NCBI GenBank assembly: GCA_963801605.1
Contig: CAWDFP010000006.1
Location: 896,001 to 960,000 of the forward strand
DNA: 64,000 nt
Reading direction: 5' to 3'
Origin: an uncultured candidate division Zixibacteria bacterium
GTDB taxonomy: Bacteria > Zixibacteria > MSB-5A5 > UBA10806
A program made the translations under genes and the position numbers. Below, in pieces: positions 31,524 through 41,533 of this stretch (positions are counted from its first letter, which is position 1; each line of letters begins with the position of its first letter). Under the pieces are notes generated by a model that was not told where the DNA came from, searched no databases, and saw nothing but the letters and a program-made list of their open reading frames with translations.

Positions 31524-31591
31524 GGAACGTTTTGCCTTGACGTGGAGTAATAGCTACAGTAATATCGGGGGAAGTGGATTAGTAAACTCCA
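31524..31591 (+). promoter_or_regulatory. Overlapping ECF-like (GGAAC-N16-GAGT) and sigma70 (TTGACG-N17-TAATAT) promoters plus a near-palindrome TGGATT-N5-ACTCCA
   Basis: GGAAC 31524, TTGACG 31537-31542, TAATAT 31560-31565, palindrome 31575-31591 upstream of the Rrf2 gene. Confidence 0.5.
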
Positions 31592-31609
31592 TTTTAAAGG
31601 AGAAGTAAA

Positions 31610-32074
31610 ATGCAAATATCACGCAAATCCGACTACGCGTTGCGGGCGATGGTCTATGTGGCCGCCTGGGAAAATGATAAAATCTGTTCCATTAACGAAA
31701 TTTCTGCCGCCGAGAAAGTACCGCGCGAATATCTGGCCAAGATTCTCAAAGAGCTGGCTCTTCAGGGATTTCTTCAGAGCTTTAAGGGTATTAACGGCGG
31801 CTACCGGCTGGCCATGCCTCGGGAGAGGATAACATTCCTATCCATCATTGAGGCTATGCAGGGCAAGGTCGCGGTCAATGATTGCGTTCGTAAGGCCGGC
31901 AGCGCTGAGGCTTGTAACAGAATGGGTGGATGCGCTATGCATTCCTTCTGGACTGCCGAACAGGAGAGAGTGACCAAGTCGCTTTCATCGGTTAACCTGG
32001 CATCGCTCGATTACGAAAAGTACTATCCGGAAGCTCGTAAGAAAAACAAACAGCAGCCGGTTCGCGTAGGCTAA
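31610..32074 (+). CDS. Rrf2 family transcriptional regulator (3-Cys, Fe-S binding type)
   Basis: DYALRAM, YLAKIL, GINGGYRLA, C-x9-C-x5-C. Confidence 0.9.
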   Translation: MQISRKSDYALRAMVYVAAWENDKICSINEISAAEKVPREYLAKILKELALQGFLQSFKGINGGYRLAMPRERITFLSIIEAMQGKVAVNDCVRKAGSAEACNRMGGCAMHSFWTAEQERVTKSLSSVNLASLDYEKYYPEARKKNKQQPVRVG

Positions 32075-32118
32075 AATGATTTAGAAAGGCGCATTGGGGG
32101 TAGTGGCGCTTAATTGAT

Positions 32119-33123
32119 ATGGAACACGTCAAAGCCATTGCTCTTTATTCTGGTGGCCTCGATTCGACGCTCGCCATTCTTCAGATGATGAAGTATGGAG
32201 TCGAAATCGAGGCCATTACCTTTTTAACTCATTTTGGCTGCGATGCTACCGACTCATCGTCCTGCGGTTCAGACCCCTATCCGGCGGCGCAAAAATTCGG
32301 GTTTAAAGTCAAGCTGGCACATCTGGGACAGAGATTCGTAGATATCGTCCGCAATCCACGATTCGGCCATGGTAAAAACATGAATCCCTGTATCGATTGC
32401 CGCCTGATTATGATCGATGAGGCCCGACATTATATGGAAATGGTTGGCGCCGATTTCATTATCACAGGCGAGGTGTTGGGGCAACGTCCCATGTCGCAGA
32501 GACGTTTCGCGATGGATTTAGTGGCTCGGGAATGCGGCTTGGCGGGCAAACTGGTCAGGCCCCTTTCCGGGCGGCTTCTGCCGGCAACTATTCCGGAAAA
32601 AGAGGGCAAGATTAAGCGGGAATGGCTTCTCGACATAGAAGGGCGTTCTCGTAAACGTCAGATGCAGCTTGCAGCTGAATTTGGCCTGACCGAATATCCC
32701 AACCCGGCTTCGGGATGCCTGCTAACTGATAAGCGCTATTCAGATAAACTTCGCGATCTCTTGAAATATACCCCCGATGCTGATTTCAATGAAATCAATC
32801 TGCTTAAAATCGGACGACATTTCCGTCTGGGACCGAAAACCAAATTGGTGGTTGGCCGCGACGAACCGGAAAACAATACAATCGAATCGTTAACTCTTCA
32901 GAACGATTATATACTTGAAGCAGTAGATTTTGAATCGCCTATCGGAATATTGCGGGGCGAAATAAATGACGATTTTATCGGAACCGCGGCATCTCTTGTA
33001 GCCCGTTATTGCGACGGTAAGAAAGAGAATGCACTAAGGGTTGAGGTTCGTAATGCGGGCCAGGCGCGTAATCTGGAAACATCGCCAGCTTCCGATTGGT
33101 TGTTAGAGCAAATTAGGATTTAG
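32119..33123 (+). CDS. PP-loop tRNA thiolase-like protein (ThiI/MnmA-like, DUF814-type C-terminus)
   Basis: SGGLDS, MNPCIDCR, TGEVLGQRPMSQ, PASGCLLT, GRHFRL. Confidence 0.8.
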   Translation: MEHVKAIALYSGGLDSTLAILQMMKYGVEIEAITFLTHFGCDATDSSSCGSDPYPAAQKFGFKVKLAHLGQRFVDIVRNPRFGHGKNMNPCIDCRLIMIDEARHYMEMVGADFIITGEVLGQRPMSQRRFAMDLVARECGLAGKLVRPLSGRLLPATIPEKEGKIKREWLLDIEGRSRKRQMQLAAEFGLTEYPNPASGCLLTDKRYSDKLRDLLKYTPDADFNEINLLKIGRHFRLGPKTKLVVGRDEPENNTIESLTLQNDYILEAVDFESPIGILRGEINDDFIGTAASLVARYCDGKKENALRVEVRNAGQARNLETSPASDWLLEQIRI

Positions 33124-33163
33124 GCCATCATTGGGTTATTAAACCTGTTCGGGGGACACAAAG

Positions 33164-33222
33164 CCAGCCGGCAGCATCGAATCACCTCCTGTAAGGATAA
33201 GCTGCCGGCTGGTGTTTTTTTT
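33164..33222 (+). terminator. Intrinsic terminator with a 25-nt loop containing an anti-SD sequence
   Basis: Perfect 12-bp stem CCAGCCGGCAGC/GCTGCCGGCTGG followed by TG-T8. Loop contains ATCACCTCCT. Confidence 0.7.
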
Positions 33223-33432
33223 GCCTGCGATATAATTTCATGGTCGTTTTGCATAATTTGTAATATCAACATATTGATTATAAAGAGCGTAGCGCTGTCC
33301 CCAAATCTGTATAGGGAATGGGGAACCCCTCAATCTGCTCCCATTGTTCTAACATCGATAAGGATTGCCGAATTCACTTGGCGTCGGAGTATATCTTGTT
33401 TAAATTTGGACAAATAGAAAGGTGATATATAT

Positions 33433-34611
33433 ATGGCACTCTGGAATCGCAATAAACAAAAAATGCAAACAGCCACCGATACTGCTCATCTTGAACCGGG
33501 CTTAGCAGGTGTTAAGAATATTATCGCTATTGCCAGCGGCAAAGGTGGCGTGGGGAAATCGACTGTTGCTACCAATTTGGCTTATGCCCTGAAAGACGCC
33601 GGGCATACGGTCGGTCTTATGGATGCCGATATTTATGGCCCCAGTCAGCCCGGAATGCTGGGCGCGGAGCTTGAACCTCCGCATGTTGTCGGCGGACAGC
33701 TTCAGCCATCGAGTCAGCACGGCATGAGCTTTATCTCGATGGGCCTATTTCTGAGCGGCGGCGGGCCGGTTATTTGGCGCGCCCCTATTGCCATGAAGAT
33801 GATTCAGCAGTTTATCGCCAACGTTCTCTGGGGCGAGCTTGACTATCTCCTTATCGATCTTCCGCCCGGCACCGGAGACGTGCAACTTACGCTTGCCCAG
33901 CAGGCCCAATTGAGCGGAGCTATTATAGTCACCACTCCCCAGGAGGTTGCGATCGGCGTAGCTCGTAAAGGTCTTAAGATGTTCGAACAGGTCAATGTGC
34001 CAATTCTGGGGATAATCGAAAACATGAGCGGATTTATTTGCCAGCATTGTGGCAAAGAGACGGATATCTTTGGCGCCGGCGGCGGCAAGAAGATGGCTGT
34101 CGAATTAAACGTGCCATTTCTGGGCTCAATCCCCCTCGATACGGCGATTATGTCGAGCGGCGAGGATGGCGTTCCGGTGCTGGCGAGAGATCGAGAATCA
34201 ACTGCGGCTAAATCATATATCTCCCTGGCAGGAGCGGTTGAAAAGCAAATTGACGTTATGAAAGCATCGGGAAACCTAATCGAGCCTGAGCATGTAGAGC
34301 TTGTTGAAAATGGTGAGCTGCACATGCGCTGGCCTGATGGTCACCAGAGCGTCTATACGCCTTATCACCTTCGAGTCAATTGCCGCTGCGCAAATTGTAT
34401 AGATGAAAACACCGGTTTACAAACGCTCGATCCCGTCCTGATCCCTCTTGATATTAAAATAAACGACATCAAATCCGTCGGACGTTACGCTATAGCCATT
34501 GCGTTTTCCGATGGCCATAATACCGGAATTTATACTTTTAAGCGTCTTCGCGAACTTTGCGAGTGCCCGGAATGTACTAAGGATAGCAAGGGAGATTCTT
34601 TTGATGTATAA
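33433..34611 (+). CDS. mrp: Mrp/ApbC Fe-S carrier ATPase fused to a C-terminal DUF971 (GBBH-like N-terminal) domain
   Basis: SGKGGVGKS, DADIYGPS, DLPPGTGD, ENMS..CQHC. C-terminal LRVNCRCANC...VGRYAI...FSDGHNTGIY. Confidence 0.9.
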   Translation: MALWNRNKQKMQTATDTAHLEPGLAGVKNIIAIASGKGGVGKSTVATNLAYALKDAGHTVGLMDADIYGPSQPGMLGAELEPPHVVGGQLQPSSQHGMSFISMGLFLSGGGPVIWRAPIAMKMIQQFIANVLWGELDYLLIDLPPGTGDVQLTLAQQAQLSGAIIVTTPQEVAIGVARKGLKMFEQVNVPILGIIENMSGFICQHCGKETDIFGAGGGKKMAVELNVPFLGSIPLDTAIMSSGEDGVPVLARDRESTAAKSYISLAGAVEKQIDVMKASGNLIEPEHVELVENGELHMRWPDGHQSVYTPYHLRVNCRCANCIDENTGLQTLDPVLIPLDIKINDIKSVGRYAIAIAFSDGHNTGIYTFKRLRELCECPECTKDSKGDSFDV

Positions 34612-34678
34612 ATTATCCACTTGGATAGGTTAAGCCCCCAACGGTTTCGGTATACGCGATTAATTAGGATTTTAATAA

Positions 34679-35296
34679 ATGTCAAATTTGCCAATAAAAA
34701 TCACCGCTGAACCGACAGCCGATCCTTTCGTCTGCAAATTTATCGTAGATACTCCAATATTGGCGAATCGCACTATTGGTTGTCGAAACAAGGTGGCTGC
34801 AAGGGGCGCCCCGCTTCTGGAGGCGCTTTTTGAGATTGAAGGCGTACGCGAGGTACTGTTAACGGGCAATATTGTCACGATTGCCAAATCGGGAACAGAT
34901 TCGTGGCAGATATTGGGCAAAAAAATCGGGGCAGCCATCAGAAACGCAATCGAATCGGGTCAGCCGCTTATTCCTGATGATTGGGGCCAAAAGCCGCCGT
35001 CCGAAAACGATCTATATCAGGAAGTTGAACGCGTACTGGCCTCCAGGGTCAATCCGGGAATTTCAACTCATGGCGGACATGTGGAACTGGTCGATGTTAA
35101 GGGGACTTCGGTTTATCTTAGACTGAGCGGCGGTTGCCAGGGATGCGGAGCCGCTAACGTGACCTTACGTCAGGGAATTGAAAAAGCGATACGTTCGCAT
35201 GTTCCGGCTGTTACAGAAATTATCGATGTGACCGATCATGCTTCCGGTAAAAATCCTTATTATAGAAATAAAAGGACTGATGGTTCGCCGCTGTAA
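34679..35296 (+). CDS. Nfu-type Fe-S carrier (Nfu_N plus NifU C-terminal domain)
   Basis: EPTADP...KF N-domain; VNPGISTHGG and LSGGCQGC. Confidence 0.88.
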   Translation: MSNLPIKITAEPTADPFVCKFIVDTPILANRTIGCRNKVAARGAPLLEALFEIEGVREVLLTGNIVTIAKSGTDSWQILGKKIGAAIRNAIESGQPLIPDDWGQKPPSENDLYQEVERVLASRVNPGISTHGGHVELVDVKGTSVYLRLSGGCQGCGAANVTLRQGIEKAIRSHVPAVTEIIDVTDHASGKNPYYRNKRTDGSPL

Positions 35297-35334
35297 TTTA
35301 CTGTTACATTAAATCGTAGCCCGCAACATATTTC

Positions 35335-36732
35335 TCAAACTTCATATGTCTCCCCGGGCGCGGGGAACTCAACAGAACTATATCCCCGGCTCTTGATGGC
35401 ATCGCGCAGAGGCAAAGATTCATCCGGTTCGCCGTGCACGAGGAAAATATGCTTGAGCCGTTCTGTTGAGCTGGCTTTGACATAATTTATCAGGTCGTTT
35501 TTGTCGCCGTGAGCGCTGAATACATCCATGGTTTTAACCTGGGCGCGTACCCGGAACTCCTCGCCGAAAATCTTTACGACCTTTTCCCCGTCCATGATTT
35601 TTCTGGCGAGTGTCTCAGGCGCCGCATAACCTACAAACAGAATCGTATTGCGGTGATCCTCGATATTGTTCTTTAGATGATGCAATATGCGGCCGCCCTC
35701 CGCCATACCCGAGGCTGAGATAATAATCGCCGGATATTTCAACTGGTTGAGCGACTTGGATTCCTCGACACTCTCTACATATTTTAGTCTATAAAATCCG
35801 AACGGATCCTCATTTTGGCTCAAGAAAACCCGCTCAGTTTCACGATCGAAACATTCCGGGTGATGGCGGAATACCTCGGTGGCGTTTTTGGCTAATGGGC
35901 TATCGATATAAATCGGCATATCGGGTATGCGTCCCTGATCGCACAACTTGTGCAGGATATAGACCAGTAGCTGTGTTCGTCCGACTGCAAATGCCGGGAT
36001 GATGATCTTACCGCCGGATCTGGCAGCAGTTCTTACAACTTCAGCCAGTCCTTCCGCCATGTCTTCCGAACTTGGATGAGCACGGTTTCCGTAGGTGCTT
36101 TCCATAATTAGAACATCGAGATCGAGCAGCAGATTCGGGTCGCGCAGGATCGGCATATCGGCGCGGCCGATGTCACCGCTAAAACCGACTCTCAATTTGC
36201 GGCTATTTTCCGTAATTTCCAGAAGTATTCCCGCCGACCCCAGAATATGCCCCGCGTCCTGAAAAGTGACATTTACTCCCGGCGCAACTTTTATATTTTC
36301 GTTGTACTGCACGCCATTGAATGCTGCCAGCGACATCTCAACATCGGAAAGAGTATAAAGCGGCTCTACCGGCGGCTCATGATTCTTGCGATGAATTTTA
36401 TTGAGCCACTCCGCGTCTTTTTCCTGAAGGTAAGCTGTATCGCGAAGCATAATCTCGCAAAGATCAACCGTGGCGTAAGTGGCGAAAATTGGTCCTCGAT
36501 AACCGCATTTCACCAGGTTGGGGATATTGCCGCTATGGTCGATATGGGCATGTGAAAGCAACAAAGCATCAATTTTAGTCACATCAAACGGAAAAGCCCG
36601 GTTCTTTTCGTACGTATCTTTTCTTTTGCCCTGAAACATACCGCATTCGAGAAGAATCTTCTTGCCATTTATCGAAAGCAGATGCTCCGAACCAGTTACA
36701 GTTTGCGCACCACCCCAAAATTGTATCTTCAT
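35335..36732 (-). CDS. MBL-fold beta-CASP ribonuclease (Ysh1-like)
   Basis: GGAQTVTGS, SHAHIDHSG, AGHILGSA, MESTYG, PAFAVGR, SASGM, FSAHGD, VHGE. Confidence 0.92.
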   Translation of the reverse strand: MKIQFWGGAQTVTGSEHLLSINGKKILLECGMFQGKRKDTYEKNRAFPFDVTKIDALLLSHAHIDHSGNIPNLVKCGYRGPIFATYATVDLCEIMLRDTAYLQEKDAEWLNKIHRKNHEPPVEPLYTLSDVEMSLAAFNGVQYNENIKVAPGVNVTFQDAGHILGSAGILLEITENSRKLRVGFSGDIGRADMPILRDPNLLLDLDVLIMESTYGNRAHPSSEDMAEGLAEVVRTAARSGGKIIIPAFAVGRTQLLVYILHKLCDQGRIPDMPIYIDSPLAKNATEVFRHHPECFDRETERVFLSQNEDPFGFYRLKYVESVEESKSLNQLKYPAIIISASGMAEGGRILHHLKNNIEDHRNTILFVGYAAPETLARKIMDGEKVVKIFGEEFRVRAQVKTMDVFSAHGDKNDLINYVKASSTERLKHIFLVHGEPDESLPLRDAIKSRGYSSVEFPAPGETYEV

Positions 36733-36965
36733 GAATATTTTTCCTGCGATTTATTTAATCCGGTTTGCATTATCAAACGCCTCATTAAGAAGCCAATAAC
36801 AATAAACGAGTTAGATGTCACTCTTGTCAATCGAAATAAGGCGATCTTATCAGGGTTCCGTGAATTCAAAAATTCGCAGTCTTCAGATTTCCGGGAATAA
36901 GCTTGCCGGTCTGACGTATGCTTTATAGAAAATAAATTGTTTCCACCCCTGACTGGAGGAAAAAT

Positions 36966-39490
36966 ATGAAACGGACAATCCTGACACTGGCATTGATATT
37001 AATAAGCGCTCAAGCACTTTGGGCTGATGGCATGCTTATACCCCGACCTATGCCCTGGATGCCGCCAAGCGCACAGGTTAATATCAAGTATCATGATGTT
37101 GATGTAGTAATCAACGATCCCGCGGCACTTACAAAAATTGACCAGGTATTCATTAATCCGTTCAATCGCGAAATCGAGGCCGATTATATTTTCCCGATCC
37201 CCGATAACGCCGCTATCAGTCATTTTACCGCCTGGCTTGGGGGTCACAAGATGGAAGCCGAGCTTTTAGATGCCACCGGCGCGCGCAAAATCTATGAGGA
37301 TATCGTTCGAGCCCGTAAAGACCCTGCTCTGTTGGAGTATGCCGGCCGCGGGATGTATCGTATGCGCGTTTATCCCATCCCGGCCAGGGGAGAGGTACGC
37401 ATTCAGATCGAATATGAACAAACTCTCAAGTCCGACAACGGCACGGTGGAATATATTTATCCTCTGAATACCGAAAAATATTCGGGCGCGAATTTAGAGC
37501 GTTGTAAGGTTACGGTTAATGTGAATTCGTTCGAAAATATCGGTTCCGTTTATAGTCCTACTCATCAAATGGCAATCGAGCGGCTGGGCGAAAAATCGAT
37601 GAAAGTTGTTTACAATGATGAAAATGTCAAACCCGATAAAGATTTGGTTGTTTATTTCACCCGCCAAACCAGCGATTTCGGTTTTCACCTTTTGAGCTAT
37701 GGCGAGCCGGGAAGAGAGGGTGGTTATTTTATGGGTATTCTATCGCCGCCGTTGGAAAGCCGTCGAGTTGAAACTAACAAAAATGTAATCTTCATTTTGG
37801 ATTCCTCGGGCAGCATGCGCGGCGAAAAATTCCAGCAGGCAATCGATGCCCTTAAATTTTGCCTCGGCGGCCTTAACCCGGGCGACCGTTTTAATGTGAT
37901 CGATTACGATGACGATATCCGTCCCTTTAAACCGGAACTGGTAACCGCGAATAAAATTAATATCGATGAAGCCTCCTCATTCGCCAATTTGGCCGAAGCC
38001 GCAGGCGGCACCAATATCTATGATGCTCTTGCGAGTGCCTGCCGAATGATCCGATCCAGCGTCAATCCGTCATATATCTTGTTTCTTACCGATGGCCAGC
38101 CGACCGTGGGCAATACAAGTATCGAGCAGATAATCAGCAATACATCCGCTTTAAACGAAGGCCGAGCGCACATATTTGTGTTTGGCGTGGGGTATGATGT
38201 CAACACCAATCTCCTTGATCGTCTGTCCGAACAGAATCATGGGCTGCCGGAATATGTCCTGCCTGATGAAAATATCGAATCCAAAATTTCTCGGGTAGCA
38301 TCCAAACTCAGCCATCCGGCCCTGACCGATGTTAATATCTCATTCGGAAACGCAAATGTCTCTCGTATCTATCCTGCTCCGATACCGGATCTATTCTACG
38401 GTTCAGAAATCATTGTAACCGGACGATTTGAAAGAAATGGAACCTCGCAAGCGGTCGTTACCGGCCAAGTTGGCGGAAAGAATGTCACCTTTGAATTTCC
38501 GGTTACTTTTTCCGATGGCGACAGTCGCGATGATTTTATCGCCTTGCTTTGGGCTAATCGACGAATCGGATATTTGTTGCAAGAATTGAAATCGCACGGC
38601 TCCAACCAGGAGCTGCTGACAGAGGTGATTGAACTTTCCAAAAAGTACGGCATATACAGAGTACACGTCTTTTTTGGTTGGTGCAGGAAAGCGTGCGCAT
38701 CTATCCGCTATTGATTTATTCTACGGTTCGGAAATTATAATAACCGGACGATTTGAAAGAAATGAAACCTCCAAGCGGTCGTAACCGGTAAAGTTGGCAG
38801 AAAGAATGTCACATTCGAATTCCCGGTTACTTTTTCCGAGGCGACAGCCGCGATGATTTTATCGCGTTGCTTTGGGCTAATCGACGAATCGGGTATTTGC
38901 TGCAGGAATTGAAATCGCACGGCTCCAACCAGGAGCTGCTGACAGAGGTGATTGAACTTTCCAAAAAGTATGGGATCATAACGGAATACACCTCGTTTTT
39001 GGTGACAGGTGATGAGAGAGATAGAGGAAGGTATCTGGCTCTGGAAGACAAAGCCCTTAGCGCCAAAAAGGGTAAGGATATATCCAGCTATATGGCGCCT
39101 CAGAGCGGCGAATCGGCAGTCAAGCAATCGAAGAATATACAGAAACAGTTTCGAGCCGATTTAGTTGCTCTTCCGATGGCTTTTAGCGCGGTCCCTGCCG
39201 AAGCATGGCAAACGGCAGCGCCCACGGTGACACAAGTTGGAGCGCAGGGCTTTTTCCGGGTCGGCGATAACTGGATACAGGGAAATCTCAAGGGTGATAA
39301 ATACGACATGCAAATCAAACGATTCTCTCGCGCCTATTTCCAGCTTCTGGAGAAAGACCCCAAGCTTGGCAAATACTTGGGATTGGGTAATGAGGTGCGC
39401 TTGCAGGTTGGCACTCAGGTGGTGCAGATTGCCGACAGCGGCCAGGAAACGCTTAGCGACAAGGACCTAAGGGTGCTGTTTCCGAAATAA
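36966..39490 (+). CDS. Secreted VIT plus von Willebrand A domain protein, interrupted by an internal duplication (ORFs 36966-38714 and 38867-39490)
   Basis: Signal peptide, VIT domain (YIFPIP, DPALLEY), MIDAS DSSGS, GGTNI, LTDGQP. The C-terminus continues after the second copy of the duplication (KYGIITEYTSFLV). Confidence 0.8.
38388..39003 (+). repeat. Imperfect tandem duplication of ~290 bp (38388-38678 and 38713-39003)
   Basis: The copies align throughout and differ mostly at synonymous positions, plus indels near the junction. Confidence 0.9.
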
Positions 39491-39521
39491 TTAATTAAAA
39501 GCGAATAAGAAATTCTTGTAG

Positions 39522-39551
39522 CCGGGGACCCCTGTGGTCCCCGGTTTTTTT
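39522..39551 (+). terminator. Intrinsic terminator
   Basis: CCGGGGACC/GGTCCCCGG stem followed by T7. Confidence 0.8.
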
Positions 39552-39563
39552 ATGCCTCTGGCA

Positions 39564-40828
39564 TTATCCTCTAAAAAATATCAGCGTTATTATTACAAAA
39601 ATCGGCAGAAGTATCATAGCGCCGAATATGCCATATAGCCGAAGAAATGAGGTACTTTGTACCCCTGCTCCTCGGCGATCGATTTGACCATGAAATTGGG
39701 GCCATTACCGATATAAGTATTCGCCCCCATGAACACCGCCCCGCAGCTTATGGCCCGAAGGATATCCACATGCACCCCGGAGATGATGGCGCCTCCAGTT
39801 TCAGCAATTTTCGATGTTACGCTTTGACCAAGCGTAAAAAATGTCAGGTAGGTCGGGGCGTTATCCAAAAATGAACTCAAACCTCCGGTCCACCAGAAAA
39901 ATTGCCAGGGCTTCGTTATGCCCAGCGATGCTCCTTTTTCGTGCAGCATCATCAACATCGGGACCATAGTGATGAAAATACCTGCAAATAGAATGGCAAC
40001 CTCGCTGATAGGATAAAAGGTAAATCCATTCTCTTTCCGTAGTTTCTTCGATGTGAAAAACACAGACAACCCGGCCATGGCGATCATAATGATTTCCCGG
40101 TATGGCGCCGGTGTCTGGAAAAATACTGACAATACTACTCCGGCCAGGAAGAGAAAATTTATCTTGCCCGAAACTCCCAAGGGTACAATGGCGCTTTCAT
40201 CGCGGATAAGATCAGCCTGTGACTCCCTCGAGTAGGCGCGCTTATCCCAGATATAAAATAGGAGCAGTAGCATCGAAATTAGGGTCAGCCATTCCGGCCA
40301 AAGGCCAAGTGTCCACGTAAAGGGTATCCCGCGAAGGTAACCCAAAAATAGCGGGGGATCGCCCAATGGTGTCAGGCAACCACCGATATTCGATACCAGA
40401 AAAATAAAGAATACCGGAATATGAGCAGTAAAATTCCGTTCGCTATTAGTCTTAAGCATTGGACGTATTAGCAGCATGCTCGCCCCGGTGGTACCAATGA
40501 AATTGGCCAGAACCGCACCTATGGCCAGAAAGGTAGTATTGATCCGCGGGGTGGCGCGCAGGTCGCCAGTCATGGCAATTCCGCCTGAGATAATAAATAA
40601 CGAGCCTAATAAAATTATAAATGAAAGATAATCTTTGATATTTTGAACAAGCTCAAATTGGTAATTCGCAAGTAAGAAAATAAATATCGGCAGGCTGACT
40701 ATGCCAGTGATAATTGCTTTATTTCTGTTTTTCTCCCAAAAGCGGGGGAATGCCAAAGGCATTATAGCGATTAAAAGTAGAAGGACAACAAAGGGTATGC
40801 CGCTGTAGAGAGTGATAGAAACTGGCAT
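39564..40828 (-). CDS. Putative Na+/H+ antiporter (IT superfamily, CitMHS_2-like); frameshift near 39622 removes the last TM helix
   Basis: IGTTGASMLLIRP, NIGGCLTPLGDPPLFLG, LDNAPTY, GANTYIGNGPNFM. The alternative frame supplies AMILLPIFVIITLIFFRG-stop. Confidence 0.82.
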
Positions 40829-40849
40829 GGCCTCCTCGGCCGCCGCAAT

Positions 40850-41533
40850 TTACGGCGCGGGAATGATAAGAGTCGGCAAGCCGGAATCGCTGGCTCGATA
40901 CAAAGTCAGAGCCTGGTCGGGATCCATTTTCAACATCAGCATCGATTCGCCGAATGGACGCTGTAAAACATGCTTAACCTCGGCGATCGTGTTCTTGAAC
41001 TTGGATTCGGCCTTACCGGCGACATCGGTGCGAATATCTATAATCAGGTTATTATCCCAGAGTATCTGAAATCGCTGCGGTACCTGGCGCTGCAAAAGCT
41101 GAGGATCGACGTTAACCGCTTTTCCAACAATGGCCAGAATTGAATCCGGTGTTTTTCCGGATGATGCGAACAGATGTTTCTCTAATACCGGCCTGATAAG
41201 AATATTGTCTTTTCCCTGGAATCGCTTGGAGAAATCCACCAGCGAGCCGTAATCGCCATCAATGGTTCGCAGCGGATTGTTCCATACCTCAGTACCCTTA
41301 AGCCTGATCTCAATTTCGCGCTTTTGAAAATCGAGAACCATATAAGGTTTGCCTGTTCGAGCCAACCTAAGTTCGGCCTGGATTAACTCGTATTCCTGCT
41401 CAGCTTGAGACCATTCCCATTTTTTCGTCTCATTTGGCTGAGATTCCTCGCTCTGCTCGCCTTTTTTTTGACAGGCGACGACCGATAGAAGCGCCAGAAT
41501 AGCCAGAGAATATGTCCAACTTTTTTTTGTCAT
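40850..41533 (-). CDS. Lipoprotein with a probable degenerate YkuD-like domain (no catalytic His/Cys)
   Basis: Lipobox VVAC. PYMVLDF..REI and LKMDPDQALTLY...GLPTLII parallel the start and end of the neighbouring YkuD domain. Translationally coupled (TAATG). Confidence 0.65.
   Translation of the reverse strand: MTKKSWTYSLAILALLSVVACQKKGEQSEESQPNETKKWEWSQAEQEYELIQAELRLARTGKPYMVLDFQKREIEIRLKGTEVWNNPLRTIDGDYGSLVDFSKRFQGKDNILIRPVLEKHLFASSGKTPDSILAIVGKAVNVDPQLLQRQVPQRFQILWDNNLIIDIRTDVAGKAESKFKNTIAEVKHVLQRPFGESMLMLKMDPDQALTLYRASDSGLPTLIIPAP

Noticed and set aside
38388..39003. Duplication as a DGR template/variable repeat pair
   Set aside because: Mismatches are not adenine-specific, are mostly synonymous, and there is no reverse transcriptase in the window.
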